This document shows, in pieces, positions 44,872 to 54,721 of a stretch of 64,000 nucleotides of DNA. This DNA comes from Patescibacteria group bacterium. Its GTDB lineage: Bacteria; Patescibacteriota; Minisyncoccia; Phycocordibacterales; PALSA-1337. The translations under genes were made by a program, and so were the position numbers. Position 1 is the first letter of the stretch. Every line of letters begins with the position of its first letter. The stretch is taken from the NCBI GenBank assembly GCA_040387635.1, contig JAZKDJ010000001.1, forward strand, positions 243,851 to 307,850, in the 5' to 3' direction. A model generated the notes under the pieces. The model was given only the letters and a program-made list of their open reading frames with translations. It had not been told where the DNA came from and made no database searches.

Positions 44872-46614
44872 CTAGAGCTTATTTACTTCCTCAAAGGGGA
44901 TAAGCTTTTGGAAGGACTTGATAATCGCGTCTTCTTTCATCGAGAGCATTCCCTTTTCCCGGAGAAGCTTGGATATATCGAGTTCTGTAGGAGTCTTAAG
45001 GATGGCCGCTTCGATCTCCTTATCCATTTTGAACACTTCGAACACTGCCTGTCGTCCACGCACACCCTTTGGACATTGCGGGTTAGGATCAATCTCAAAT
45101 ACCGTATCTGTAAAAGGAATAGCCTTTTTGTACTTATCAGGCAAATCTGAGAACTGTCTGTCGATCATGGCTTTGATAACACCATCAACTTTCACCTCTT
45201 TACCTGAGCCTGGGCAAAGCAATCCTACGAGACGCTGCGCAACAGTGAGAATGAGTGTAGGAGCAATAAGATAAGGATCAACACCCATATCAATAAGTCG
45301 TGGGATAACACCAGCAGAGCTGTTGGTGTGGAGCGTCGAGAACACGAGGTGACCGGTAAGCGCAGCTTGAACAGCAAGCTGAGCAGTTTCCTTATCTCGG
45401 ATCTCACCCACCATGATCACGTCTGGGTCCTGTCGCAATGTCGAACGAAGACCGTTCGCAAAGGTATAGTCAATCTCGGGACGAACCTGAGACTGAGACA
45501 CTCCGTCAATGTTATACTCCACCGGATCTTCGAGCGAGAGTACGTTGTAGCTCTCCCTATCAATCTCGTTAAGCATTGAGTAGAGGGTTGTGCTCTTACC
45601 GGAACCTGTAGGTCCAGTAATAAGAATAAGTCCGTATGGTCGTTTGATAGCGTCCTTGATAAGCGAGAGATTTTCTTTGGACATTCCAATATCATCAAGC
45701 TTCTTCACTCCCTTCTCCTGATCAAGAATACGCATCACCACCTTCTCTCCGAAATACGCAGGAAAAGTAGAGACTCGGAAGTCGATTCTTCTTCCATCAA
45801 TGTGTGCACTAAATCGTCCGTCCTGTGGCTTTCTTTTTTCGTCGAGTTTCATGTTCGAAAGAACCTTGATACGAGCTACTACCGCTGAATGAACCTGTAT
45901 AGGCAACACAAGACTAGTATTGAGAATTCCATCAACGCGGAAACGAACGCGAACAGTATCACGAAGAGGTTCTATATGTACGTCGGAAGCATCTCCTTCA
46001 GTAGCGTATCGAACAATTGTCGCAACGATCTTTTTGACCGGAGCATCTTCGATAATGAGAGCTTCGTTCTGGCTGCCATCCTTATTTGTTGTCGCCTTCC
46101 CTTGTGCACCAAGGTTCTGCTTAACTGTGTTGTCGATATCATCAGTGAGTTCCGTCTCGAGCTCAGTCAAAGCTTTAGTCACCTCTCCTGTCAGTCCTTT
46201 GTACATCTCTATAACTTTTTCAAAGTCTTTAGAGCTTATGAGAAAAATCTTATACGGAACATTCTTCTTCGCCGCAATGAAGTTGAGAGCGTCGCGAACA
46301 TCAATGTTATCAGGATCAACAATTCCCACCTCGAGTGCTCCTTCCTTGAAGCCTATAGGTACGAACTTATAATGGATCGCTGATTCTTCAGGAATATATT
46401 CCAATACTTCGAAAGGTACTCTGCTCTCCCCAATCACTCGAACAGGCAATCCCATGTATTCACCCTTCGCTGCCAAGATATCTACGACAGAAACACCCTT
46501 GGAGATAAGTCCTTGTTCTACCGTGGCGTCTCCCTGTGATGCACTGTCTTTTATTTCTCGGGCTACGTCGCTGGTGATTTTATTCTTTTTTACAAGAATA
46601 TCGAGTACACTCAT
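44872..46614 (-). CDS. pilB: Type IV pilus assembly ATPase (GspE/PilB family)
   Basis: 580 aa with an N-terminal T2SSE_N/MshEN-like domain. Walker A GPTGSGKSTT, VGEIRD, TGHLVFSTLHTN and a Cys-containing motif (LCPGSGKEV...CPKG) are present. Confidence 0.9.
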   Translation of the reverse strand: MSVLDILVKKNKITSDVAREIKDSASQGDATVEQGLISKGVSVVDILAAKGEYMGLPVRVIGESRVPFEVLEYIPEESAIHYKFVPIGFKEGALEVGIVDPDNIDVRDALNFIAAKKNVPYKIFLISSKDFEKVIEMYKGLTGEVTKALTELETELTDDIDNTVKQNLGAQGKATTNKDGSQNEALIIEDAPVKKIVATIVRYATEGDASDVHIEPLRDTVRVRFRVDGILNTSLVLPIQVHSAVVARIKVLSNMKLDEKRKPQDGRFSAHIDGRRIDFRVSTFPAYFGEKVVMRILDQEKGVKKLDDIGMSKENLSLIKDAIKRPYGLILITGPTGSGKSTTLYSMLNEIDRESYNVLSLEDPVEYNIDGVSQSQVRPEIDYTFANGLRSTLRQDPDVIMVGEIRDKETAQLAVQAALTGHLVFSTLHTNSSAGVIPRLIDMGVDPYLIAPTLILTVAQRLVGLLCPGSGKEVKVDGVIKAMIDRQFSDLPDKYKKAIPFTDTVFEIDPNPQCPKGVRGRQAVFEVFKMDKEIEAAILKTPTELDISKLLREKGMLSMKEDAIIKSFQKLIPFEEVNKL

Positions 46615-46620
46615 ATAATG

Positions 46621-47013
46621 TTACCGCGCTGGAGCGGTCGAACCTCTGTTGATCGAATTAGTCCTACCTTGAGTAGCTGCACTTGCGGCCTGAGCTGCCG
46701 CTGCTCGATCAAACGGTGCGAAAGGATTTTCCCTTCCAATATTCTGTGGAGGAATAGGTACCGTGTAGTCGACCAATGATTTGTAAGCGTCAGTTTCGAA
46801 AAACGCTTTGTCTATATTCAAAAGTTTGATTTGTCCGAGAAGTATAAGTACGTCGTCACCAACCTCACTTCCCGCAGCATTAACTGTCTCTATTTCAAGA
46901 GCTGAATTCGCATCAATAGGAGTGTCCGCGCCTTTCATGACGAAATACAGGACGACTCCAATAAGGACGACTCCGATTACTATAAATAAAGTTTTGTTTG
47001 ATCCAGTATTCAT
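46621..47013 (-). CDS. Hypothetical bitopic protein of the pilus alignment module
   Basis: 130 aa with an N-terminal TM helix (LFIVIGVVLIGVVLYFV). It sits between the pilO-like gene and pilB. No family recognised. Confidence 0.5.
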   Translation of the reverse strand: MNTGSNKTLFIVIGVVLIGVVLYFVMKGADTPIDANSALEIETVNAAGSEVGDDVLILLGQIKLLNIDKAFFETDAYKSLVDYTVPIPPQNIGRENPFAPFDRAAAAQAASAATQGRTNSINRGSTAPAR

Positions 47014-47014
47014 A

Positions 47015-47569
47015 TTATCTCTTTAGCCAATACGTCTTAAGCTCGATATTAAAGTCATATTGCGAACCCGTATCCGTAGAGTTGAAACTGATTCGTGACA
47101 CCTCGAGGATTCGAAGGCTCTTCTCAATATCCCTCAATATATCGATCATGTTGTCGTAAGAGGTTGTCATAGAGAACGTTAGTGCAACAGGAGTAGGCTT
47201 AGCGTCTGAACCTGCATTCTTATCCTTGGAGTTATCCTTTGTTTCAGCTGTAGAAGTTCTAATGTTTTTGACACTTACCCCATACTTAGCCACGATACCT
47301 GTCACATCGATAATAAGTCGAACGTTATCGATGTTGTCAGGAACCATCTTGTCGAGTCTGTCTTCAATATCAACTTTCGGGATTTCATTGAGTTTACCTA
47401 GCACTTCGTCTCGAGCATCAATAAGCTCATCAAATTTTGCGTTAGCATCGATGAACTTCTGATTCTCAGCAAGTACGTCATTCACTGCCTTATATCGCGT
47501 GTTAGTAAACGTGGCCGTGAGGCCCACTGCAATCAATATGAGAAGTATCGCTAAAATGTTTTTGTTCAT
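47015..47569 (-). CDS. PilO-like pilus assembly protein
   Basis: 184 aa with an N-terminal TM helix, a coiled-coil (AENQKFIDANAKFDELIDARDEVLGKLNEIP) and a ferredoxin-like C-terminal half. It sits in the pilM-N-O order. Confidence 0.55.
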   Translation of the reverse strand: MNKNILAILLILIAVGLTATFTNTRYKAVNDVLAENQKFIDANAKFDELIDARDEVLGKLNEIPKVDIEDRLDKMVPDNIDNVRLIIDVTGIVAKYGVSVKNIRTSTAETKDNSKDKNAGSDAKPTPVALTFSMTTSYDNMIDILRDIEKSLRILEVSRISFNSTDTGSQYDFNIELKTYWLKR

Positions 47570-47571
47570 AA

Positions 47572-48258
47572 TTAATTGCTTGTTGACGTTGCGTTATTAG
47601 CAGGTGCCTCCTCTTCGGCAGCATCAAGGGCAGCTTCCTCCTCCGGAACCTCCTCACCTTCTACTGGCGCCCTTAAGCTCTTGGTATAAAGAATGCTGCT
47701 ATTACTAATTGTTCCTGTAAAAGCAAACGAAACTTTGCCAGTGCCATCCAATACCAATTCAGACAGAATAGGGTTCTTAAGAATCTTGTCTCTTCCCAAC
47801 ACATCAGCCTGGTAAGCAATTGCTGTAAAGCTTGCACCCTCACCCTTCATCGTTATCTTTGGTTCATCTTTCTCGGTCGCAGGCGCTGTAAAGTCGAATG
47901 ACTTAAATCGAACATTCTGAATTGTAAGCCGTCCGATTATGCCGAAAATGTCTGAAACAGCCATGTGAGAATTGAGAAGTCTCTTGGCTGTTTCAATTTT
48001 GAGAGTTTTTCTCTTTAGGAATTCAATCAATTCAGGATTAAATTGCTGCTTTCGAGCTTCGAGATCATTTTTTAGAGTTACCTGCTGGGCATGGAGCATC
48101 TTTTCCCAGAAAATCATACCTCCTGCTCCTGCAAGAGAAAGAATGAAAGCCAGAACGGCTATCACCATGAGAACACTTACCGATCCCCTGACCTTAACGG
48201 TCTGCTGAGCGAGTATCGGCTTCTTTGGTATGAACGATGTTTGAAACTTTGTCTCCAT
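47572..48258 (-). CDS. PilN-like pilus assembly protein
   Basis: 228 aa with a short cytoplasmic N-terminus, a TM helix (VLMVIAVLAFILSLAGAGGMIFW), a coiled-coil, and an acidic C-terminal tail. Confidence 0.55.
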   Translation of the reverse strand: METKFQTSFIPKKPILAQQTVKVRGSVSVLMVIAVLAFILSLAGAGGMIFWEKMLHAQQVTLKNDLEARKQQFNPELIEFLKRKTLKIETAKRLLNSHMAVSDIFGIIGRLTIQNVRFKSFDFTAPATEKDEPKITMKGEGASFTAIAYQADVLGRDKILKNPILSELVLDGTGKVSFAFTGTISNSSILYTKSLRAPVEGEEVPEEEAALDAAEEEAPANNATSTSN

Positions 48259-48347
48259 GTAGATAAGGAACGAACATGTATAGTATATCTCAAATTACCT
48301 CCCCAATCATGCAAATGGGTGTGTATATCTTACTGTGACACTCTTAT

Positions 48348-49463
48348 TTAGTTGAGTTCGCTTAATTTTCGAAGCGCAACACCGATAGCAACAGCGAATT
48401 CTGGTCCTGCCTCTGTAAGCTGCTGTTCCAAGAAAGCAGGTGTTTCAATCTTTGAGAACGGATTAGCGTATAGCACTTCTGTCTGGAAACTCGCTTTCGC
48501 CAACTCATCAAATCCCTTAAGAAGCACCCCTCCTCCAGCAAGAACTATAGTGCTTATATTTTTGTTGTATTTCTTTTGGTAGTTGAGAAGCACTCTATTT
48601 GCTTCGTAGAACACGTAATCAAGCGTCAATGTGCTGATTTCTGCAAGATCCTTATGTTCTGGGCCACCCTTTAGGCCATACACTCTCTTGAGATTTTCAG
48701 CATCTGGGATGGCAATACTCATGGATTTTGAGACAGCGAGAGTAATATCCTGAGATCCTCTATTGATCACATGGGAAGCACGAAGTAAACCACGTTCTAT
48801 TATATAGAGCTTGGTGGAGCTGGCGCCCATATCCATGATCATGTGAGCGTGAATACCTGGTTCGATACAAGCTCTGATAGTACTGAATATCTCGATCTCA
48901 TAAAAAGATGGACTAATGCCGCTCGCGGTCATCATACCTTGGTATTTGGACAGCGCTTCATTATGAATAGCAGCAACGAGGACATCGGTGGTAGCTTTCT
49001 GAGGCGCACCCTTATTTATCTCTTCGTCAGATTCCAAAACATCTTCTTTTGGAATAATTGACCAGTCGAGCAAAACCTCCCCCATCGGTACAGGAATATA
49101 TTTTCTTGCCTCAAGTGAGATCACATCCGCGAGCTGATAGTCTTCAACCTTAGGAATAGTAATGAACGCTATAAGACTTGCGCCGAGAGGAATAGCCGAA
49201 CCACTCGCAGTAGTTGTGGTATTTGATTCCCTCAAAATATCCTTGAGAGCCTCAGAAAGTTTCTCAGATGTAAGACTGGTCGATCTTCCTATATCCGTTC
49301 CTCCGTAAGGTCCGAGAGCTAGCTCACCATACGTTTCCAAGACAGCCTTACCCTTCTTGCGCTTGAGCTGAATTATCTTTATAGAAGAAGAACCAACGTC
49401 AATGCCAAGTACGCTTGTCTCCTTATTGCCAAATACAGATCCAAGTGAATTAAGAAAACCCAT
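48348..49463 (-). CDS. pilM: Type IV pilus assembly protein PilM (actin-like ATPase fold)
   Basis: From ATG 49463: ...VLGIDVGSSSIKIIQLKRKKGKAVLETYGELAL..., MDMGASSTKLYII and VLAGGGVLLKGF. Confidence 0.85.
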   Translation of the reverse strand: MGFLNSLGSVFGNKETSVLGIDVGSSSIKIIQLKRKKGKAVLETYGELALGPYGGTDIGRSTSLTSEKLSEALKDILRESNTTTTASGSAIPLGASLIAFITIPKVEDYQLADVISLEARKYIPVPMGEVLLDWSIIPKEDVLESDEEINKGAPQKATTDVLVAAIHNEALSKYQGMMTASGISPSFYEIEIFSTIRACIEPGIHAHMIMDMGASSTKLYIIERGLLRASHVINRGSQDITLAVSKSMSIAIPDAENLKRVYGLKGGPEHKDLAEISTLTLDYVFYEANRVLLNYQKKYNKNISTIVLAGGGVLLKGFDELAKASFQTEVLYANPFSKIETPAFLEQQLTEAGPEFAVAIGVALRKLSELN

Positions 49464-49533
49464 AAGATTGATTGTAGTATACCACAACCAAAAAATCGTT
49501 TATACAAATTTTATGTATATTTTATAAGCTCTA

Positions 49534-50181
49534 TTGGACAATAGAGGTATGACAATATCGATACGAACATTCCGCGATTCGTTTCACAACGCAGTATTTG
49601 GTAAAACCAAAACAAACTACCCAACGCGTGAGGAGATAGAGTCTTTGTTCAAAATTAGCCTTATTTATAAGGATATTTACTGCATGCTACCCTTCCAGCA
49701 CCGATCAATCAAACCCATCATCATGGATATGAAATCAAAGAATTTACCTGAGGCCGTCATGATATGTGCAGAGATACTCCACAAAGCGTTGTGTGAACTG
49801 CAAAAATCCACAGATGGAAATATTCCTATGTTCATAATTCCCCTACCCTCGTCTCCAATTCGAAAAATGCAAAAAGGATTTAATCAATGCGAGAGTTTGG
49901 CGAAAGCTCTAGAAACCAACTTCAAGTACATAACCGTAAGGAATCTTCTTCGAAAAAACTTATGGAGCGGCTTCCGAGAACAAAAAGCATCATCTCGTTC
50001 TGAGCGTCTCAATCTCACATCAGATCAATTCCAAATTAGAAACACGACAAAGCATGACCTCAAAGCAATGTACATAATCATCGATGATGTCGTAACCACA
50101 GGATCAACACTCAGAGCAGCAATCAATGCCATGCAAAAAGCCGGCTTCATGAATGTCGCCGGCTTAGCAATTGCACATTAG
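49534..50181 (+). CDS. comF: ComF family phosphoribosyltransferase-domain protein
   Basis: The C-terminal PRT motif is MYIIIDDVVTTGSTLRAAINAMQKAG. It is divergent from pilM. The usual N-terminal Zn-finger cysteines are not evident. Confidence 0.7.
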   Translation: MDNRGMTISIRTFRDSFHNAVFGKTKTNYPTREEIESLFKISLIYKDIYCMLPFQHRSIKPIIMDMKSKNLPEAVMICAEILHKALCELQKSTDGNIPMFIIPLPSSPIRKMQKGFNQCESLAKALETNFKYITVRNLLRKNLWSGFREQKASSRSERLNLTSDQFQIRNTTKHDLKAMYIIIDDVVTTGSTLRAAINAMQKAGFMNVAGLAIAH

Positions 50182-50189
50182 TATAGACT

Positions 50190-53100
50190 TTAATTTCCTG
50201 CCGCCTTAACAAGCAAGTGTGGACTCGGAGTAGAACTTCCTGGAACGAGGATGCGTTGTACTCCATTTCTCACAGATACCATCAGGTTACTCAAATCCGG
50301 TTCTACGAATTTATTGTTGACGAAGATTCCATTTTGAACTGAGCCGAGAGCTGTCGAAGATTTTGTATTCCAGAACGAAGCAGTGTCAGACCTTCCGAGC
50401 ACCTTCGCGGACTGTAATCCTGCTCCGAACGTACTTCCCTCCACCTCAATCCTATTAGCGCTAAGTAGTGCTGTAGCGTTTCCTGGAGTAAACCTCGAAC
50501 TCACAATCAATAGATGGTTTGTACTATTAAGAGTTGGCATAGTTTCGTTTCCTCCGTTATTGATGAAATCAGAGTTGATGAAGAACGGCCAGTTAGTTGC
50601 CTCCATTCGCGCTACAGCAACACGGTTATCCTTAAGTAAACAATCAATACATCCTACTGAGTTGTTAGCTCGGCATGCAGGAAAATCAAATCCAATTCTG
50701 TTGCCGACGAGCTGGCTGTTGTAGAAGAATGTTTTATCGATGTATGTAATTCCAGGATTTTCCCCTCCAGCACAACCTACTCGTGGAACCTGCTTGAACG
50801 CAACGTCTGCTCCGACAATATTTATATTATCGAACACGTTGTTATCGATCGCATAGCTATCATCGAAATGAATACCCGCGACCGCCATATTTCTCATAGT
50901 AATGTGAGAAATTATTGAGTCCGTAAGCTGTGCGTGAGATCCTGCAGTCGCTCCGCTTATTCTGATACCGTTTCTTCCTCCTTGAAGCATGAGGTCAGCA
51001 ACCACCAACCGTATTCCATCGAACCAAGGTCCAGTCTTATGCTCGTCAGACACAATCATGTCTATAGATGGATTCTTTGCGATGATAACAGTCTTACCGT
51101 CACCTGCTCCAATGAGTCCCTGGTCAGAATTAATCTTAAGCGACGACGAGATGTAATAAATACCAGCAGGCAGCAAAGCCATCTTCTGAGTATTAATTAG
51201 ATTCTGAATGTACTGCGTATCGTCCCTCTTTGAACTTAAATCAGTATTCCAGTAACCTCCAAGTGGATCAGGAATTGCTCCATATGAAGGCCGTGGCCAT
51301 GCAGTACCAACAGGCGACGTGAATAATTTTTCGTACATAGTCTTAAGTCCAGAAGAAATAATGTTCTCCTGATTAACACCATTGAACATAGGAGTTTTTT
51401 CGATATTGTCCTGGAAGGCTGTAAATTTTGTAGACGAAGAATCTATTCTGAGACTTGTCTGATCATGGTTAACCAAGAACGCATTGTCGTTTGTAGCACC
51501 TACTATGATGTGTGGTAGCGATGTATTAGAGTTGATGTGACTGCTCCAAAGAACGAAATTGTTTGAGTTAACATCATACATTCCAGAACGTCCTCCTCCA
51601 CCACTCACTCCGTATGCTGTAAATCTTCCAGTATCAAATACCCTGAAGAGCGGTCGCTTAGTAGTTGAGTCATAATCCCATGCCTCAACATCTCCCGTGA
51701 CAAACGTAAGATCTCCTAGACCTTCTGCGGTCACAGCTTCTGCTGGAGGCGTAATGAAGTTAAATGCCACGAAGACGTTTCCCTTCGATAGTCGATTAGA
51801 ATTTCCTCTAAACAATATTTGAGGAGCAATAGACTGTGATCTGAATTTTATAAACCGGTTATCTCGCAAATACCCTACTTGCCTATTATCGATATCAGTC
51901 TTAACGAAGTTAAAGTCAAAGAAAAGATTATTCTCGAGCTTTCCATTGTCTACATAGATGTCAGTATATTTGAATCTTTTGAACACATTATCTCGAGTCA
52001 CAGCATCGCCTCGTGGGAATGTCAGTGTCCCCGCCCAAACCGAATGAACAGTAGCACCAACAGTTCCAGGATCAACAATTATCTTTGGAATTTTTGTATC
52101 AGGCAAACCATAGAGCTGATAACCGCTTCGTATCGTCACTGAACTTCCAGAAGATCTGTAGTCTGCATTTTCAAGTCGAACAGCTTTGTATTTATCCAAA
52201 GCTCCCTGCAGCGTAAGGTTCTGATCCTCAACTTTTCTTTGAGCAGAATTTAACTTGAAAAGATAAATATTCTGAGGGTAATAATCACCCTGTGGCACTG
52301 TACTTATAACAGGCTCAGGTGGAGTAACAATAGGAGCAGGTGTAGGTGTCGGAGTTGGGGCTGGAGCAGGAGTAGGACTTATGACAGGTGTCCTGGTTGC
52401 TGCCACCGTTGTTCGAGACAAGAGAGTACTCGTCGGATATATCTGAGGGATCAAAGTGATGATTGAAGGAGTAGGCAAAATAGATGATACAGGCTTTGGA
52501 TTGACTGTAATAGTTACAGTTCCAGACAGAGAACTTATCTTGCCGTCGCTTACCCTATATGTAAACCTATCAGTGCCGCTAAATCCTTCCTTGGGAGTAT
52601 ATACGTACTTTTGCAAATTATTAGAAACCCTAGACTCCAAATTAAGCACACCATATCTTACTGCGTCTACTATATAGTACGTGAGCGTATCGCTAGTATC
52701 AGCATCTTTCGCAGTTAATTCAATCATCACTGCCCCATTTTCATTAACTACCGCACTTACATTCGAAACAGTAGGCTTATTGTTAAGCGGTGCCGTAATA
52801 ACAGGTGCAACCACCACTGAGGTCGTTGTGTCTACCGAGGTCGATGTCAGTGCCGCAAGAGAACTTATCTCAGTAGCAGAAAGAACCCTTGAGTAAACCC
52901 TCACATCGTCGAGCGTTGCCTTAGCAAATCTCAGCGCGCCATCTAATGTATAACCTCCAATATGTGTGTTGCCTGTAGGAGCAAAAGGTGCGTCACCAGG
53001 AAAACTACCTACAGATTTTCCATCTATATAAAATATAGCTGTTCCTGATCCATCAACCGTCATGGCAACGTGATGCCATCCCGAGCCAATGTCTTTGCCT

Positions 53101-53636
53101 GTAGGAATCCATCGTCTGTATTCGATAAGACCTACAAGCTTACTTCCAGGCTGAGCATATTCATTGTCCCCCACCCCAAGGGCCAAACCGTTTTGGCCTC
53201 CAATCTTAATGAACGCACCATGCTCCACACTTGAAGGAACATTAACCCAGAGAGCGATTGTCGAGTTCGTTCCCTCACTTAAAACATTAGGAGCTGTCAC
53301 CTTGTCGTCTGTACCGTCGAAATAAAGTCCGCCTTTTATTTTTCCAGTCTTCCATGTAGGTGTTAGACCTTCGCTTCCTGACAAAGTTCCATGAGCACCG
53401 CGAGTCGAAGAATCTCTAGCTATAGAACCAGTCCCCTCATCCATTGTCCAATGTCCCACAAGACCATCACTCAATCCTCCAGCAATCACAGCCTGAAGTG
53501 AATCGTTAGGAACTTCAATCACAGGAGATAAAGCCAAGATTCCCGTCTTATTGAGCTGATAGAACATCAGCGTCAACGCCGCGAGAGTCATCACAGTCAC
53601 ACCAGCCAATGCTCCAAAATATTTTGTTTTGTTCAT
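50190..53636 (-). CDS. Large (1148 aa) secreted protein: LamG domain, cadherin/Ig-like domain, Pro/Thr linker, right-handed beta-helix (pectate-lyase-fold-like) C-terminal region
   Basis: The LamG region is LVGHWTMDEGTGS..GGLYFDGTDDKVTA..WHHVAMTV..FYIDG..LDDVRVYSRVLSATEI. The cadherin-like region is KDADTSDTLTYYIV...YTPKEGFSGTDRFTYRVSDG. The linker is PTPAPAPTPTPTPAP. The C-terminal half is Asn/Gly-rich with repeated short beta-strand periodicity. Confidence 0.7.
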   Translation of the reverse strand: MNKTKYFGALAGVTVMTLAALTLMFYQLNKTGILALSPVIEVPNDSLQAVIAGGLSDGLVGHWTMDEGTGSIARDSSTRGAHGTLSGSEGLTPTWKTGKIKGGLYFDGTDDKVTAPNVLSEGTNSTIALWVNVPSSVEHGAFIKIGGQNGLALGVGDNEYAQPGSKLVGLIEYRRWIPTGKDIGSGWHHVAMTVDGSGTAIFYIDGKSVGSFPGDAPFAPTGNTHIGGYTLDGALRFAKATLDDVRVYSRVLSATEISSLAALTSTSVDTTTSVVVAPVITAPLNNKPTVSNVSAVVNENGAVMIELTAKDADTSDTLTYYIVDAVRYGVLNLESRVSNNLQKYVYTPKEGFSGTDRFTYRVSDGKISSLSGTVTITVNPKPVSSILPTPSIITLIPQIYPTSTLLSRTTVAATRTPVISPTPAPAPTPTPTPAPIVTPPEPVISTVPQGDYYPQNIYLFKLNSAQRKVEDQNLTLQGALDKYKAVRLENADYRSSGSSVTIRSGYQLYGLPDTKIPKIIVDPGTVGATVHSVWAGTLTFPRGDAVTRDNVFKRFKYTDIYVDNGKLENNLFFDFNFVKTDIDNRQVGYLRDNRFIKFRSQSIAPQILFRGNSNRLSKGNVFVAFNFITPPAEAVTAEGLGDLTFVTGDVEAWDYDSTTKRPLFRVFDTGRFTAYGVSGGGGRSGMYDVNSNNFVLWSSHINSNTSLPHIIVGATNDNAFLVNHDQTSLRIDSSSTKFTAFQDNIEKTPMFNGVNQENIISSGLKTMYEKLFTSPVGTAWPRPSYGAIPDPLGGYWNTDLSSKRDDTQYIQNLINTQKMALLPAGIYYISSSLKINSDQGLIGAGDGKTVIIAKNPSIDMIVSDEHKTGPWFDGIRLVVADLMLQGGRNGIRISGATAGSHAQLTDSIISHITMRNMAVAGIHFDDSYAIDNNVFDNINIVGADVAFKQVPRVGCAGGENPGITYIDKTFFYNSQLVGNRIGFDFPACRANNSVGCIDCLLKDNRVAVARMEATNWPFFINSDFINNGGNETMPTLNSTNHLLIVSSRFTPGNATALLSANRIEVEGSTFGAGLQSAKVLGRSDTASFWNTKSSTALGSVQNGIFVNNKFVEPDLSNLMVSVRNGVQRILVPGSSTPSPHLLVKAAGN

Positions 53637-53681
53637 ACAGACAATAAACCCATTAATTACTTGGGTTTATTGTAACACTGT

Positions 53682-54149
53682 TTAGTTGAATACCGCTGGT
53701 TTATAACTAAACTCTTTCACGACAGATCCGTCTGTATTAAAATTAATTTCTGCTTCGATTTTTTCTCCACTCAAGATAAGTGGAATCCACTTCGCATCAG
53801 CTGCCCACATTTCCCCGAACGGAAGGTCTGAAATTGGATACCACTGAGGCCGCATCTCTTCTGTTTCAATAGGTTCATTCTTCCAAATATGCGTTTGATA
53901 AACAGAACACTCGGAAACAGGATTTCCATCAAAGTAAAAGCGAACCACTGCAGCTTGCTGAAGATCTTTAAAATCTGCAACGAGACCAGACTCCTCTTCA
54001 AGTTCCCGCACAGCAGCCATAATCGGAATTTCATTTTCCTGTACTTTACCTCCGTAACCATTCCACTTACCCGAACCAAAACCACGCTTCTTCATCGCTA
54101 GTAGAACTTGACCATCCCTAACGCAGAAACAAAGGGTTGATTTCTTCAT
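53682..54149 (-). CDS. NUDIX hydrolase, MTH1/NUDT1-like 8-oxo-dGTP diphosphatase
   Basis: 155 aa. It is collinear with human MTH1 as I recall it: LLAMKKRGFGSGKWNGYGGKVQENE..AAVRELEEESGL ... EEMRPQWYPISDLPFGEMWAADAKWIPLIL. Confidence 0.8.
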   Translation of the reverse strand: MKKSTLCFCVRDGQVLLAMKKRGFGSGKWNGYGGKVQENEIPIMAAVRELEEESGLVADFKDLQQAAVVRFYFDGNPVSECSVYQTHIWKNEPIETEEMRPQWYPISDLPFGEMWAADAKWIPLILSGEKIEAEINFNTDGSVVKEFSYKPAVFN

Positions 54150-54177
54150 AACCTTAAGTATACCAAGGTTTTTAGTG

Positions 54178-54264
54178 CGGAGACGGAGGGATTCGAACCC
54201 TCGAGGCCCGTTAAGGCCTGCCTCTTTAGCAAAGAGGTATGTTAGACCACTCCACCACGTCTCC
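54178..54264 (-). tRNA. tRNA-Ser (anticodon GCT)
   Basis: The reverse complement is GGAGACGTGGTGGAGTGGTCTAACATACCTCTTTGCTAAAGAGGCAGGCCTTAACGGGCCTCGAGGGTTCGAATCCCTCCGTCTCCG. It has a long variable arm and anticodon loop TTGCTAA. Confidence 0.9.
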
Positions 54265-54357
54265 GTGCGACTATTCTTGCATAAAATGCCGTAGTTATCA
54301 ATTAAACCAGAGAATTAAGGCCTTGAAACTTGACCAAAGTGGTTTTTAAGGTTAATC

Positions 54358-54615
54358 TTGTCCGCAGACCGAAAAACCACCACGACGCACATCATGACAG
54401 CAAAACTCTGTCAGTCTAAGGAAGAAAATTGCCCAGAAGAAAGATTTATTAAGTATCTGCGGCAAAACGGAGGCAGGGTTACCTACGACCTCGCAGCCTT
54501 GGCCAACACCTTCAATGAAGGCCGCCTCTTCGTGATTACGACCATCGGTGCCTTACACGGACTTGGTCGCATTCATCTTGCTGGTGATGATATTCACCTC
54601 AATCCTGAAAACTGA
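54358..54615 (+). CDS. Hypothetical small protein
   Basis: 85-aa ORF (possibly starting at M13) followed by a hairpin terminator. No motif recognised. Confidence 0.4.
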   Translation: MSADRKTTTTHIMTAKLCQSKEENCPEERFIKYLRQNGGRVTYDLAALANTFNEGRLFVITTIGALHGLGRIHLAGDDIHLNPEN

Positions 54616-54649
54616 CGATAATTTCGTTATGCAACCTACGCTCAAAAAG

Positions 54650-54688
54650 AACCGACATGTCCCATCAGAAGGCTGTGTCGGTTTTTTC
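54650..54688 (+). terminator. Probable rho-independent terminator
   Basis: The aaccgaca ... tgtcggtt stem is followed by T6. The loop is large (18 nt). Confidence 0.55.
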
Positions 54689-54721
54689 CTTTTAGGCAAT
54701 TGATCTGCTAAAGTGTTTCTA

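Noticed and set aside
45889-46383. 164-aa and 150-aa plus-strand ORFs inside pilB (and similar ORFs antisense to pilT, pilC and the giant adhesin, e.g. 8529..9302)
   Set aside because: They are antisense shadows of well-supported genes, with no motifs, no independent promoter or terminator signals, and composition typical of reverse-frame translation.
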